This document shows, one piece after another, positions 10,164-19,872 of a stretch of DNA of 28,266 nt. Source of the DNA: Bacteroides sp. (GTDB lineage: Bacteria > Bacteroidota > Bacteroidia > Bacteroidales > SM23-62); assembly GCA_030589965.1 (NCBI GenBank), contig JAUUZM010000001.1, positions 1-28,266 on the forward strand, read 5' to 3'. The translations under genes and the position numbers were made by a program. The number at the start of each line of letters is the position of its first letter. Within the stretch, counting starts at the first letter, position 1. A model generated the notes under the pieces. The model worked only from the letters and a program-made list of their open reading frames with translations. It searched no databases and was not told the DNA's origin.

Positions 10164-13100
10164 TCAGATTCGTAGTCCCAAAATGATCATATCGTCAATC
10201 TGTTCCTGGCCTTTAATCCACCTTTGCATGGTCTCGTCAATGATTTCTTTCTGTTTAGGCATTGGGTGTTTGTGTATGTCACAAAACAATTGTTTCATGG
10301 ACCTGGAAAGGAATTTTTTTCCTGCAGGTCCTCCGAACTGATCCTGGAACCCGTCAGAAAAGACATAGATGCAATCCCCCTTTTCGACCTTGATATTATG
10401 GTTTTTGAAATTCTTTTCTTCTACAATATGTATCCCAATAGGCATTGTATCTGCTTTGTATTCAGAGAATTCACCATTTCTGATAAGATATAGGGGATTA
10501 TGTGCGCCGGCATACTGAAGGGTCATTTTGAAAGGATCATAGATGCAAAGTGCAATATCCATTCCGTCTTTTGTTCCACCTTCTTCTGCCTGGGAAAGAG
10601 TCTCCTTTACGTTTGCCCTCAGGTTGTCCAGGATCCTCCCTGCGCTTGGTCTCCTGTTCCTGCTGACAATCTCATTCAGAAAAGCTACCCCCAGCATACT
10701 CATGAAGGCTCCTGGAACCCCATGTCCGGTGCAATCGACAGCAGCAAATATAATCCTGTTTTCCATGGTCGAGATCCAGTAAAAATCACCGCTGACTATA
10801 TCCCTGGGTTTATAGTATATAAAATGCTCAGGAAGGCTTTCATCAATTTTCTTATCTGAGGGTAAAACGGCTTTCTGGATACGGCGGGCATAATAGATAC
10901 TGTCCATAATCTCCTTTTTCTGATCGGAAATTTCGTCTTTCTGCCTTTGTATCTCAGCAGTTCGTTCTTTCACCTTTGTTTCCAGAACTGCCTTGTCGCG
11001 TCTTAGTTTCCGGACTCTCCAACGGATGATCAACAGGATAAGGGAGATAAGCAGAATTCCGGATGTCACCAGAAAGGGTGTGCTAAGCCACCAGGGAGGT
11101 TTGATAAGTATGGGAATACTGGATATTTCAGTGACCTGGTTCAGGACATTTTTTGCACGGACATGAAGGGTGAATTTACCCATAGGAAGTACAGGGAATC
11201 TCAGTACACCTGAGCCTGACCAATCCGACCATCCATCGGACATGCCCTCAGCATAAAACTGGTAACTGGTGGAATTATCTTTCAGATAAAAGGGGGCAGA
11301 TATATTAAATTCTATGGAGCGATCATAATAATCAAAATGCAATTGATCCAGAGAGTAATTTTTCTCGTCGTTATATACTGTGTTCAGGAAAAGATCGAAT
11401 CCGGGATTGTACTCATTAACATTTGTACTGTTAATCTTATGCAGAAATGAGTTTTCAGAGACCACCCAGATATTGCCTTCAGGGTCCAGGAAAAGGTCCG
11501 CAATATCTCCGAATAGGTTGAGATAGGAATCCACACCCACCTTATAGTTTTCCTGGTTGTTGAAACTGATCCATCGTCCCCCTGTCTCCACCCAGGCGAC
11601 AGCACAGGTGGAGAGCTGGATGCGCGAAAGGTTTTTACCCCCCAGGATCCCCGTCTGATGAATGCTGTCATCCATGAAATAATAAATTCCACTGCTAAGG
11701 AAAAAATATACCGTATCATTAATATTCCTCATCGTTACCGGATCATAATATTCCTCATGAAAATCAAAGGACTTTACATCTGAGATCGCGTTGTTCAAGG
11801 CTGTGATCCTGTAGCTGCGATTATCACATCCAAGCCATATTGTGCTGTCCTGCTCTTCGCAGACCGAGAATATTTCTTCACCTATGTATGCAAAATCCCT
11901 CTTAGTTTCCCATTGCTCTCCGTTCAGGACAAGCTGGTAAGCTGATTCATCAGTAATAACATATATTCTGGAGCTATCCCTGCTGGGGAATATACTTTTT
12001 ATATACCAGTCCTCTCGAATAATCCTGAGTTCCCTTCCGATTATCTCATACAAACCTCCATTGGTGGAAATCAATAAGCGACTCCCAACCGGAACCAGGT
12101 CTTTTGCCTTTTCTTCAAAGTCCCCAAGACGTGTAAACTCATGGGAAATGGACTGAAGGGAATATATTTTTTGTTTGACATACCGGGTACGGTAGGCTGC
12201 TGGCTGAAGGATATCTTCAATATCCTGAACGCTTAATTTTTCTTCCTGTACCTTATCTTCTGCTGCCACAGTTTCAGGTCGTTTCTGGAACAGGGCTTTC
12301 AATCCTTTTGGCTTTTTCACAGAAATGGAATCAGTCCCATCGTCTTCCAGGGTTATGACTTCTTCTTTGTTTTTAGAAGCTTTCCTGGCTTCCCGTTTAA
12401 GTCTTCTTTGTTCTTTTGGACTGATTTCCTGCTCATCCTGGATCTCCTCAGGAACCTGGGACTCCACCTCTGCAAAAGCTTCTTTTTTGGACTTTTCTGC
12501 TCTTTTAGCCGGGGCAACAGGGGTGGTAACCTTAACTATAATTTCCTCCTCCAGGTAATCTTTTTTCTCTTCCAGGAAAAAAATCCCCTCATTGGTGCTG
12601 ACATATAGTGTACTGTCGAGATAAGCTACAGCCGTCAGGTTCCCTTCGAGTCCGGGATAATTTTCGTATGAACGGATGGGGAGTCGAACATCGATCCGGC
12701 TTAATCCGTACTGGTGAGAAACCCATAATCCATGATTATTATCCTTGCCTATTGCAAATATCTCATCGTCAGGAAGTCCGGTCTGATAATTAATAATATT
12801 CCTGGTTTCACCTGTGAGCACATCCACGATCATACATCCTCCCAGAACTGTAGAGATGGCAAAGATGTTTTCGTTCAGCCAGGCAGCATCTTTCATAAAA
12901 CTCTCTTCCAGGTAATTCTGATCCTCCAGGTCAACCCTGTTGAAATTGGCACCGTTAAACCAGAACAAGGTATTATTATCAAGTCCAATCAAAGCATTGC
13001 TGTCGGCATACTCAATACCAAACAGAATCTCAGATCCTGAAAAATCAATCCTGGTCTCTACCTGGGTCCAGCCACTAAAACTCAGTTCATAGATTCCCTT

Positions 13101-13676
13101 GCCCAGGATATTTACATAAGCATTGTCACGGAAAATTAAGAGGCCGGAAAAAATATGGGCAGTGTCTGGTCTGAACTGTTTCAGATTATATAAATCATTC
13201 CGCCGCGCCAAAACAATCAGATCCTCGCCATAATAAATTACATGTTTGCTGGTCTGGTATATCCTGTTTATATCTCCGGTTATTTCATTCTCTTTTGCCA
13301 GGTTGTGATACTCGTAGGTACCCATGCCGGTTTTGAGCAGATAACCATAAAATCCCCTGCCACCAACATAGATAAGCGGGAGGACAGAATCTGTTGAGAC
13401 GGCTTTGGGTATATTAGGAACCGAATGGATGTTCCATTCTTCTGAATCAAAGGAAATCACTCCCGTATTGCCGGAAAACACCATGGTATTTTCCATGTCC
13501 TGGCTGATTGAGCTGATTCTGTTTCCTGGGACCTCAGCAAGGCTGAAATGATTTATAAATGGTTCACCTTCCTGCGCAGACAAAGGAATGATAGGATACT
13601 GAAGGGCCGTAAGGATGATCAATACCGGGACCAGAATCCTGAGGAGGGCTTTTATGGGCCGGTTTTTATACATCAT
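10164..13676 (-). CDS. Membrane sensor phosphatase: periplasmic beta-propeller + Y_Y_Y domain + TM + coiled coil + SpoIIE/RsbU-type PP2C domain
   Basis: Signal peptide, propeller repeats (e.g. GLPDDEIFAIGKDNNHGLWVS), Y_Y_Y-like YQFYAEGMSDGW...GKFTLHVRAKN, TM after PPWW, PP2C motifs PRDIVSGDFYW, VDCTGHGVPGAFMS, DGMD, FSDGFQDQFGG, DDM. Confidence 0.9.
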   Translation of the reverse strand: MMYKNRPIKALLRILVPVLIILTALQYPIIPLSAQEGEPFINHFSLAEVPGNRISSISQDMENTMVFSGNTGVISFDSEEWNIHSVPNIPKAVSTDSVLPLIYVGGRGFYGYLLKTGMGTYEYHNLAKENEITGDINRIYQTSKHVIYYGEDLIVLARRNDLYNLKQFRPDTAHIFSGLLIFRDNAYVNILGKGIYELSFSGWTQVETRIDFSGSEILFGIEYADSNALIGLDNNTLFWFNGANFNRVDLEDQNYLEESFMKDAAWLNENIFAISTVLGGCMIVDVLTGETRNIINYQTGLPDDEIFAIGKDNNHGLWVSHQYGLSRIDVRLPIRSYENYPGLEGNLTAVAYLDSTLYVSTNEGIFFLEEKKDYLEEEIIVKVTTPVAPAKRAEKSKKEAFAEVESQVPEEIQDEQEISPKEQRRLKREARKASKNKEEVITLEDDGTDSISVKKPKGLKALFQKRPETVAAEDKVQEEKLSVQDIEDILQPAAYRTRYVKQKIYSLQSISHEFTRLGDFEEKAKDLVPVGSRLLISTNGGLYEIIGRELRIIREDWYIKSIFPSRDSSRIYVITDESAYQLVLNGEQWETKRDFAYIGEEIFSVCEEQDSTIWLGCDNRSYRITALNNAISDVKSFDFHEEYYDPVTMRNINDTVYFFLSSGIYYFMDDSIHQTGILGGKNLSRIQLSTCAVAWVETGGRWISFNNQENYKVGVDSYLNLFGDIADLFLDPEGNIWVVSENSFLHKINSTNVNEYNPGFDLFLNTVYNDEKNYSLDQLHFDYYDRSIEFNISAPFYLKDNSTSYQFYAEGMSDGWSDWSGSGVLRFPVLPMGKFTLHVRAKNVLNQVTEISSIPILIKPPWWLSTPFLVTSGILLISLILLIIRWRVRKLRRDKAVLETKVKERTAEIQRQKDEISDQKKEIMDSIYYARRIQKAVLPSDKKIDESLPEHFIYYKPRDIVSGDFYWISTMENRIIFAAVDCTGHGVPGAFMSMLGVAFLNEIVSRNRRPSAGRILDNLRANVKETLSQAEEGGTKDGMDIALCIYDPFKMTLQYAGAHNPLYLIRNGEFSEYKADTMPIGIHIVEEKNFKNHNIKVEKGDCIYVFSDGFQDQFGGPAGKKFLSRSMKQLFCDIHKHPMPKQKEIIDETMQRWIKGQEQIDDMIILGLRI

Positions 13677-13679
13677 GAA

Positions 13680-15581
13680 TTAAAGATTACCCAGGGCAGT
13701 AATGTTTTTATCATTAGTAATATTCTTGGCATCCGGAGTATAGATATACTCAAGTTCTGCCTGATAGGTTTCATTAACTTTATTACGGACCAACTTATTC
13801 ATGCTGTTTAATTGGAGATTTTCCTGGCTGAATGGCTCAGGTAGGATGCCAATGGCGGCAGGGAGCCAGCGTTGAGGGAATTCATCCTGATACTTGCCTC
13901 CAGATTTAAATTCCGAAATCTGCCTGCCCAGCTCTTTGAGCGCAGCTTCTTTTCCTTCCCTGGTGGCCGGATCAATATTCTGCTCAGTAAGCCATCTTTT
14001 CATAGCATCCTTATTGGGAACAACCAGGTTTGTGCAATATGGATTCTGCATATTATACATCATGCATTGTTCGAGGAAGGGGACATACTCAGTAAATGCT
14101 TCCTCTATTCCCTCTGGACTGTATTTCTCCCCGTCGTCTGCAATTAAGAGGCTTTTAAATCTTCCCAGAACATAGAGGTAATTATCTCCGTCCACATAAG
14201 CCATATCCCCCGTATACAACCATCCATCCTTTAAAGCATCCGCTGTAGCGTACTCATTTTTCCAGTAACCCAGCATTACATTTTCACCCCGTATTACAAT
14301 TTCTCCCTTTTCCCCGATGGCCACTTCATTACCATCATCATCACATATTTTTACTTCCAGATTCCGGACAATCTTACCGGATGAACCCAGCTTATGATGT
14401 TCCTGTGAATTTCCTGAAATAATGGGTGCCGCCTCGGTTAATCCATACCCCTGGAACATGGGGATGCCAATGGCATAAAAGAATTTCGCCAGTTCCAGGT
14501 CAAGGAGGGCAGCACCTCCAACGAAGAATTGAAGCCTTCCACCAAAAGCTTCCCTTACCTTCTTGAAGATAATCTTGTCAAATAGCCAGATGTATGGTTT
14601 CAGGATAAATGTTCCCTTCTTTCCACGATCGTGTCCCATTCGGATATATCGTTTATTAACCCTAATGGCATGATGGAAGAGTTTTTCAATCACCGGTCCC
14701 TTTTCACGAATGCCCTTTTCAATGTTTTTCTTGAAATTCTTTGCAAGGGCAGGAACTGAGAATAGAAAGACGGGTTTTACCTGTTTCATATTGATCGGCA
14801 TATTTTTGATGGCTTCCGTCATAGTTTTTCCAAGTTGAACGGATGCCATGGCCGCACCATGTGAGAGAATAGTATAAACCCCCGCCGTGTGTGCAAAAGC
14901 ATGGTCCCATGGAATATAAACCAGGGTAGTCCACCAATCATATACCGCCATTACACCCTGGGCCTGTTCTACATTGGCAGTATAATTCCGATGGGAGAGC
15001 ATAATACCTTTTGGGTCCGCCGTTGTTCCTGATGTATAACAGATATTTGCCAGGTCATTATCTCCAATAGATTGCCAGGTTTTGTCGAATTCTGCCTGAT
15101 TCTCTGCCAGGTATTTATCACCAAGGGCAGATACATCATCAAAGAATAATTCATCTTCATCGTAATTGTCCCGCGGATCCAGGTAAATAACCTTTTCAAG
15201 ACAGGCTATCCCATTTTTCAGTTCCTTTATTTTATGGGCCTCCCTGTCAGAGATAATTATCATTCTGGATTCTGAATGTTCAATCCGGAATTTTATTTCT
15301 GCAGTTTCTTCCAGGCGGGTGGACAAAGGTACATTTACAGCGCCGGTAAAAAGGATACCCATCTCACTGAAAAACCACTGGTTTCTTCCTTCTGCCAGCA
15401 AAGTAATCCGGTCTCCTTTCTTAATCCCCAGGCTTATCAACCCGGCCGCAAATCTGTGAACTTCCTTTTGGGTTTCCAGGTATGTGCATGGTTTATACCC
15501 ATCTCCCATATTTTGAAGCAGGTAGGTATTATCCTTATATTTTTCAACACTGTCATTAAAAAGGGAAATCAGGGTTCTCAT
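13680..15581 (-). CDS. Long-chain fatty acid-CoA ligase (AMP-dependent synthetase)
   Basis: YTSGTTADPKG, QGYGLTEAAP, GWLYTGD, GRFK. Start placed at ATG 15581 (MRTLISLF) because the ORF-track extension to 15665 runs through the purA terminator. Confidence 0.9.
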   Translation of the reverse strand: MRTLISLFNDSVEKYKDNTYLLQNMGDGYKPCTYLETQKEVHRFAAGLISLGIKKGDRITLLAEGRNQWFFSEMGILFTGAVNVPLSTRLEETAEIKFRIEHSESRMIIISDREAHKIKELKNGIACLEKVIYLDPRDNYDEDELFFDDVSALGDKYLAENQAEFDKTWQSIGDNDLANICYTSGTTADPKGIMLSHRNYTANVEQAQGVMAVYDWWTTLVYIPWDHAFAHTAGVYTILSHGAAMASVQLGKTMTEAIKNMPINMKQVKPVFLFSVPALAKNFKKNIEKGIREKGPVIEKLFHHAIRVNKRYIRMGHDRGKKGTFILKPYIWLFDKIIFKKVREAFGGRLQFFVGGAALLDLELAKFFYAIGIPMFQGYGLTEAAPIISGNSQEHHKLGSSGKIVRNLEVKICDDDGNEVAIGEKGEIVIRGENVMLGYWKNEYATADALKDGWLYTGDMAYVDGDNYLYVLGRFKSLLIADDGEKYSPEGIEEAFTEYVPFLEQCMMYNMQNPYCTNLVVPNKDAMKRWLTEQNIDPATREGKEAALKELGRQISEFKSGGKYQDEFPQRWLPAAIGILPEPFSQENLQLNSMNKLVRNKVNETYQAELEYIYTPDAKNITNDKNITALGNL

Positions 15582-15614
15582 TTTAATAATGGCTTGGTTT
15601 AGAATATGAAAGAT

Positions 15615-15662
15615 AAAAAAAAACCGTAGAGATGGCAAGGTATAAACCTGCATCCCGGCGGT
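15615..15662 (-). terminator. Intrinsic terminator downstream of purA
   Basis: Minus strand ACCG-CC-GGGAUG-CAGGU-UUAU-ACCUUG-C-CAUCUC-UA-CGGU followed by a U-run (+ strand A-run 15615-15623), about 30 nt after the purA stop. Confidence 0.7.
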
Positions 15663-15691
15663 CAAAATTTCTTAGGGCCCTAAAGGCTGTC

Positions 15692-16954
15692 TTACATCTT
15701 AATTATCTGCTCCCTGTCGGGGCCAACTGAGACATAGGAGATAGGTACTCCTACTTCTTTTTCGACAAAGACAATATAATCAAGCAACTCTTTTGGCAGA
15801 TCTTCCTTCTCTGTCATCCCGGTCAGGTCCTCTGACCAGCAGGGTAGTTCCTCATACATAGGTTCAAGCGGTGTATCAATGTCAAAGGGTAATTCATCGC
15901 TTACCTCTCCGTTGATTTTATAAGCAGTACAAACTTGTAAAGCATCAAAAGTGGAAAGAACGTCGGATTTAGTCATCATCAGTTCTGTTACCCCGCTTAA
16001 CATAATAGAATATTTCAGAACAGCCAGATCAAGCCAGCCGCATCGTCTGGGCCTGCCGGTAGTGGCCCCATATTCTGAACCATATTTACGAAGGGCTTCG
16101 CCTGTTTCGTCCAGGAGTTCTGTAGGAAATGGACCACTGCCAACGCGAGTACAATAGGCTTTGAACACACCGATTACTCTACCGATTTTATGGGGTGCAA
16201 GTCCAAGTCCGGTACATGCTCCAGCACATATGGTATTGGATGAAGTTACATAAGGATATGAACCGAAATCAATATCCAGCATGGATCCCTGTGCACCTTC
16301 TGCCAGAACCGACTTTCCCTCAGTAAGATATTTATTGATGGCATATTCTCCATTCACCAGAGGAAAGGATTTTATGGCTTCAATGCCATCCATCCATCCT
16401 ATTTCAAATTCTTCCAGATTAAATTCGAAATCATACTGCTTAAGAATCTCCAGATGCTTATTGGTGAGGAAATCGTATTTCTTCTTAAAGTCAGGAGATT
16501 CAATATCACCAACTCTTAATCCGTTCCTCCCGGTTTTATCCATATAGGTGGGACCAATCCCCTTAAGAGTTGAACCGATTTTGGTAATACCTTTTGCAGC
16601 TTCCGAAGCTGCATCCAGGATACGGTGAGTAGGCATGATGAGGTGGGCTTTTCTTGAAACCATAAGACGGATGCCAAGGTCCACTCCAAGATCCTTTACA
16701 GCTTCAATTTCCTTTTTGAATATTACCGGGTCAAGCACAACACCATTTCCAATAATATTAATGCTGTCTTCCCTGAAAACCCCTGAGGGAATGTTATGGG
16801 TAACGTGCTTAATACCATTGAATTCCAATGTGTGACCTGCATTTGGACCGCCCTGAAAACGGGCTATTACATCATAGTCTGGGGTCAGGACATCAACTAA
16901 TTTGCCCTTGCCTTCATCGCCCCACTGAAGGCCTAATAATACATCTATTTTCAT
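15692..16954 (-). CDS. purA: Adenylosuccinate synthetase
   Basis: GLQWGDEGKGK, RFQGGPNAGHT, EGAQG, YPYVTSS, TTGRPRRCGW. Confidence 0.98.
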   Translation of the reverse strand: MKIDVLLGLQWGDEGKGKLVDVLTPDYDVIARFQGGPNAGHTLEFNGIKHVTHNIPSGVFREDSINIIGNGVVLDPVIFKKEIEAVKDLGVDLGIRLMVSRKAHLIMPTHRILDAASEAAKGITKIGSTLKGIGPTYMDKTGRNGLRVGDIESPDFKKKYDFLTNKHLEILKQYDFEFNLEEFEIGWMDGIEAIKSFPLVNGEYAINKYLTEGKSVLAEGAQGSMLDIDFGSYPYVTSSNTICAGACTGLGLAPHKIGRVIGVFKAYCTRVGSGPFPTELLDETGEALRKYGSEYGATTGRPRRCGWLDLAVLKYSIMLSGVTELMMTKSDVLSTFDALQVCTAYKINGEVSDELPFDIDTPLEPMYEELPCWSEDLTGMTEKEDLPKELLDYIVFVEKEVGVPISYVSVGPDREQIIKM

Positions 16955-17027
16955 CTGTTAAGTACGTGAGGATTTACTCCTGGATTAGGAGCGTCAAGGT
17001 ACAAATTATTTCTGCTTCATGAAACAC

Positions 17028-17480
17028 CTATTTGGACTCTCGTTCATCGTCCGAGTAACCATAGATGTATAGGGAATGATGTGAAGGTTTGAAGTTATTC
17101 AGCTCGCATGCGGTCTTGATGATTTCATCAATTCTGGGGTCACAAAACTCGATTACCTTGCCAGAATCCATGTCGATCAGGTGATCATGCTGCATGCAAT
17201 GATAAGCTTTTTCAAACTGTGCTATATTCTTACCAAACTGGTGTTTAATCACCAGATTGCAGTCCAGTAAAAGTTCAATGGTATTATACAGTGTGGCACG
17301 GCTGACCCTGTAATTCTTATTCTTCATGAAGATATACAGGGATTCGATATCAAAATGCCCGTCACGCGAGTATATCTCCTCAAGAATAGCATAGCGTTCA
17401 GGAGTCTTTCTATGCCCTTTTTTTTCCAGGTATTCGGTGAAAATCTTCTTAACCGTCTCCTTCGTTTCTTCACTAACCAT
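17028..17480 (-). CDS. fur: Fur-family transcriptional regulator
   Basis: [47 protein letters not shown]. Position next to purA matches a common Bacteroidota arrangement. Confidence 0.88.
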   Translation of the reverse strand: MVSEETKETVKKIFTEYLEKKGHRKTPERYAILEEIYSRDGHFDIESLYIFMKNKNYRVSRATLYNTIELLLDCNLVIKHQFGKNIAQFEKAYHCMQHDHLIDMDSGKVIEFCDPRIDEIIKTACELNNFKPSHHSLYIYGYSDDERESK

Positions 17481-17560
17481 AAACAGACTAATTAAAAATA
17501 AAGAGGCTAAAATATACTATTTTTTCCGATTTAGGAAGGAAAAGAAATGATTTTCATCAC

Positions 17561-19795
17561 CTAGTCCTCAATCTTTTCTACCCTTTTAACAGAATCTACT
17601 CCTTTTATCTTAATCAGATTCATGATGAGATTGTTCAGGTCCTTGGTGTTATGAACATATAGGTCTATGCTTCCTTCAAATATGCCATCGTGGCTTACCA
17701 GGTTAATATTTCTCATATTAACGGACAATTCTTTGGAGATGACAGTAGTGATGTTATTATACATTCCGAATTTATCCACTCCCTGCAAGTGGATCCTTGA
17801 AAGGTAGCTTAATATCTTATGTGTAGTCCATTTTGCCGGGACGATACGGTTTCCCTGACTTGACATCAGTTTGATGGCCTTGGGACATTTACCCTTATGG
17901 ATTACAACCGAGCCATCCTGGTTCCGGTAACCAATAACATCATCGCCTGGAATAGGATTACAGCATTTTGCAATGGAGAATTCAGCTTCCGTGTCGTCCA
18001 GGTTTTCTCTGATCATAAAATGGGCTCCTGAGTAGGCAGGGTCGAAAGACTTTTTATCAGTGCTGGGTTTCTTGGAGGAAGAAGTAAACTGAAGTTCCCA
18101 GTATCTGATCCATTTGTTCTTGGTATTTTTTCGAAGGATTTTTTTCAGGTCCTCAAGGGTAATTATTCCTGTGCCGATTTTACTGTAAAGATGATCCTTG
18201 GTTCTTACATCATATGCAGGTAGAAGTTTCTTGAATATCCGGCCGGATGGTTTCAGGTTATATTCATTCAGTTTATCCTCAAGTAACTTTTTCCCCTTTT
18301 GAATTCTGTCCTTGTTTTCGGCCTTAATTGCGGCCTTAATGGCAGATTTTGCTTTGGCAGTGGTTACATAATACAACCATTCCCTGCTTGCCCGCTGGCT
18401 GTCTGAAGTTAATATTTCCACCTGATCCCCGCTGTACAGGATATGGTTCAGAGAAACCAGTTTATGATTGATCTTGGCTCCGATTGCCCTGTTGCCGACT
18501 TCTGTGTGGATTTCGTATGCAAAGTCCAGTGCAGTTGCCTGTTTTGGCAATGATTTAATATGTCCCTTGGGTGTAAAAACCAGGATTTCTGAGGCAAAAA
18601 GGTTAAGCTTGAAGTCATCCAGGAATTCAAGGGCATTGGAGTCAGGGTTTTCCAGCAGTTCCCGGATCTTCTTGATCCACCCATCCAGTCCCTCACTGCT
18701 TCCCTTTCCTGCCTGTTTGTACATCCAGTGGGCAGCGAAACCCCGCTCGGCGATCTCATCCATCCTCCGGGATCGGATCTGTACTTCAACCCATTTACCT
18801 TCCGGTCCCATTACGGTTACATGAAGGGCCTCATACCCGTTAGCCTTTGGGGTTGATACCCAGTCCCGTATCCGGTCCGGTTTAGGCTTGTAGGTGTCTG
18901 TGATTATTGAATAAATATTCCAGCACTGAGTTTTCTCAGGAACATCTTCCAACCCTTCAAATACAATCCTGATGGCAAGAAGGTCATATATCTCTTCGAA
19001 AGGTATATTCTTCGTTTGCATTTTGTTCCAGGTCGAATATATTGATTTGGGCCTGCCGGTAATATCAAAATCATACCCTTCGTTCTCCAGCTTGTCAATC
19101 AGGGGGAGCGCAAATGAGTTGATCATATGGGCTCTTTTCTTTTCATTATCAGTAATTCTTGATACCAGGTCCTGGTATACCTTGGGATATCTATACTTGA
19201 GACTGAGGTCTTCCAGCTCTGTTTTGATGGCATATAATCCCAGCCGGTGTGCCAGAGGGGCATACAGGTAGGTTGTTTCCCCGCTAATCTTGATCTGTTT
19301 ATTAGGAGGCATGGAACTCAGTGTCCGCATATTATGCAGGCGGTCAGCCAATTTAATCAGGATCACCCTGACATCATCGGAGAGGGTAAGCAGCATCTTC
19401 CTGAAATTCTCTGCCTGGAGTGAAGATTTATTATCGAAAACATCAGAAATTTTTGTCAGTCCGTCAATAATGGAAGCTACCTTTTTTCCAAAGTGATTCT
19501 CTATGTCTTCGATTGTATAATCAGTATCTTCAACAACATCGTGCAGAATTGCACAAATGACAGCTTTTGCACCCAGGCCAATCTCAGTGGTCACGATTTT
19601 TGCAACAGCAATAGGGTGGAGGATGTAAGGTTCTCCTGACTTCCTTCGCATTCCATCATGGGCTTCTTTCGCGAGGCGGAAAGCTTTACGGATAAGTCGC
19701 TGATCTGTTTTGCTCTCACAATGTGTGCAATTCAATATCAAATTTTCGAATTCCTTCTGAATCAGCTCTTCTTCCGGTTTGGTCAGGACGTTCAT
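17561..19795 (-). CDS. rel: Long RelA/SpoT homologue, probably bifunctional (p)ppGpp synthetase/hydrolase
   Basis: HD domain (RRKSGEPYILHP, ILHDVVEDT, KLADRLHNMRT), synthetase (GRPKSIYS, YDLLAIR, NGYEALH, EVQIRS), TGS (VFTPKG), CCNPIPGD Zn-finger region, C-terminal ACT. Confidence 0.95.
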   Translation of the reverse strand: MNVLTKPEEELIQKEFENLILNCTHCESKTDQRLIRKAFRLAKEAHDGMRRKSGEPYILHPIAVAKIVTTEIGLGAKAVICAILHDVVEDTDYTIEDIENHFGKKVASIIDGLTKISDVFDNKSSLQAENFRKMLLTLSDDVRVILIKLADRLHNMRTLSSMPPNKQIKISGETTYLYAPLAHRLGLYAIKTELEDLSLKYRYPKVYQDLVSRITDNEKKRAHMINSFALPLIDKLENEGYDFDITGRPKSIYSTWNKMQTKNIPFEEIYDLLAIRIVFEGLEDVPEKTQCWNIYSIITDTYKPKPDRIRDWVSTPKANGYEALHVTVMGPEGKWVEVQIRSRRMDEIAERGFAAHWMYKQAGKGSSEGLDGWIKKIRELLENPDSNALEFLDDFKLNLFASEILVFTPKGHIKSLPKQATALDFAYEIHTEVGNRAIGAKINHKLVSLNHILYSGDQVEILTSDSQRASREWLYYVTTAKAKSAIKAAIKAENKDRIQKGKKLLEDKLNEYNLKPSGRIFKKLLPAYDVRTKDHLYSKIGTGIITLEDLKKILRKNTKNKWIRYWELQFTSSSKKPSTDKKSFDPAYSGAHFMIRENLDDTEAEFSIAKCCNPIPGDDVIGYRNQDGSVVIHKGKCPKAIKLMSSQGNRIVPAKWTTHKILSYLSRIHLQGVDKFGMYNNITTVISKELSVNMRNINLVSHDGIFEGSIDLYVHNTKDLNNLIMNLIKIKGVDSVKRVEKIED

Positions 19796-19872
19796 AGTAT
19801 CGTAGAGATCAGGGGAGTAAAATTAACTAAAAAAATCTTAGGAAAGGCTGCCAATCCGGGATGATAAGAGCC

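Noticed and set aside
15582-15665. ORF-track N-terminal extension of the acyl-CoA ligase
   Set aside because: It runs through the purA terminator (poly-Phe from the U-tract); ATG 15581 has an A-rich upstream context and gives a normal N-terminus.
16975-16992. Small hairpin (CTCCT/AGGAG) in the purA leader as a purine-responsive element
   Set aside because: 5-6 bp stem only; the 73-nt intergenic region shows no purine, ZTP, PRPP or ppGpp aptamer features.
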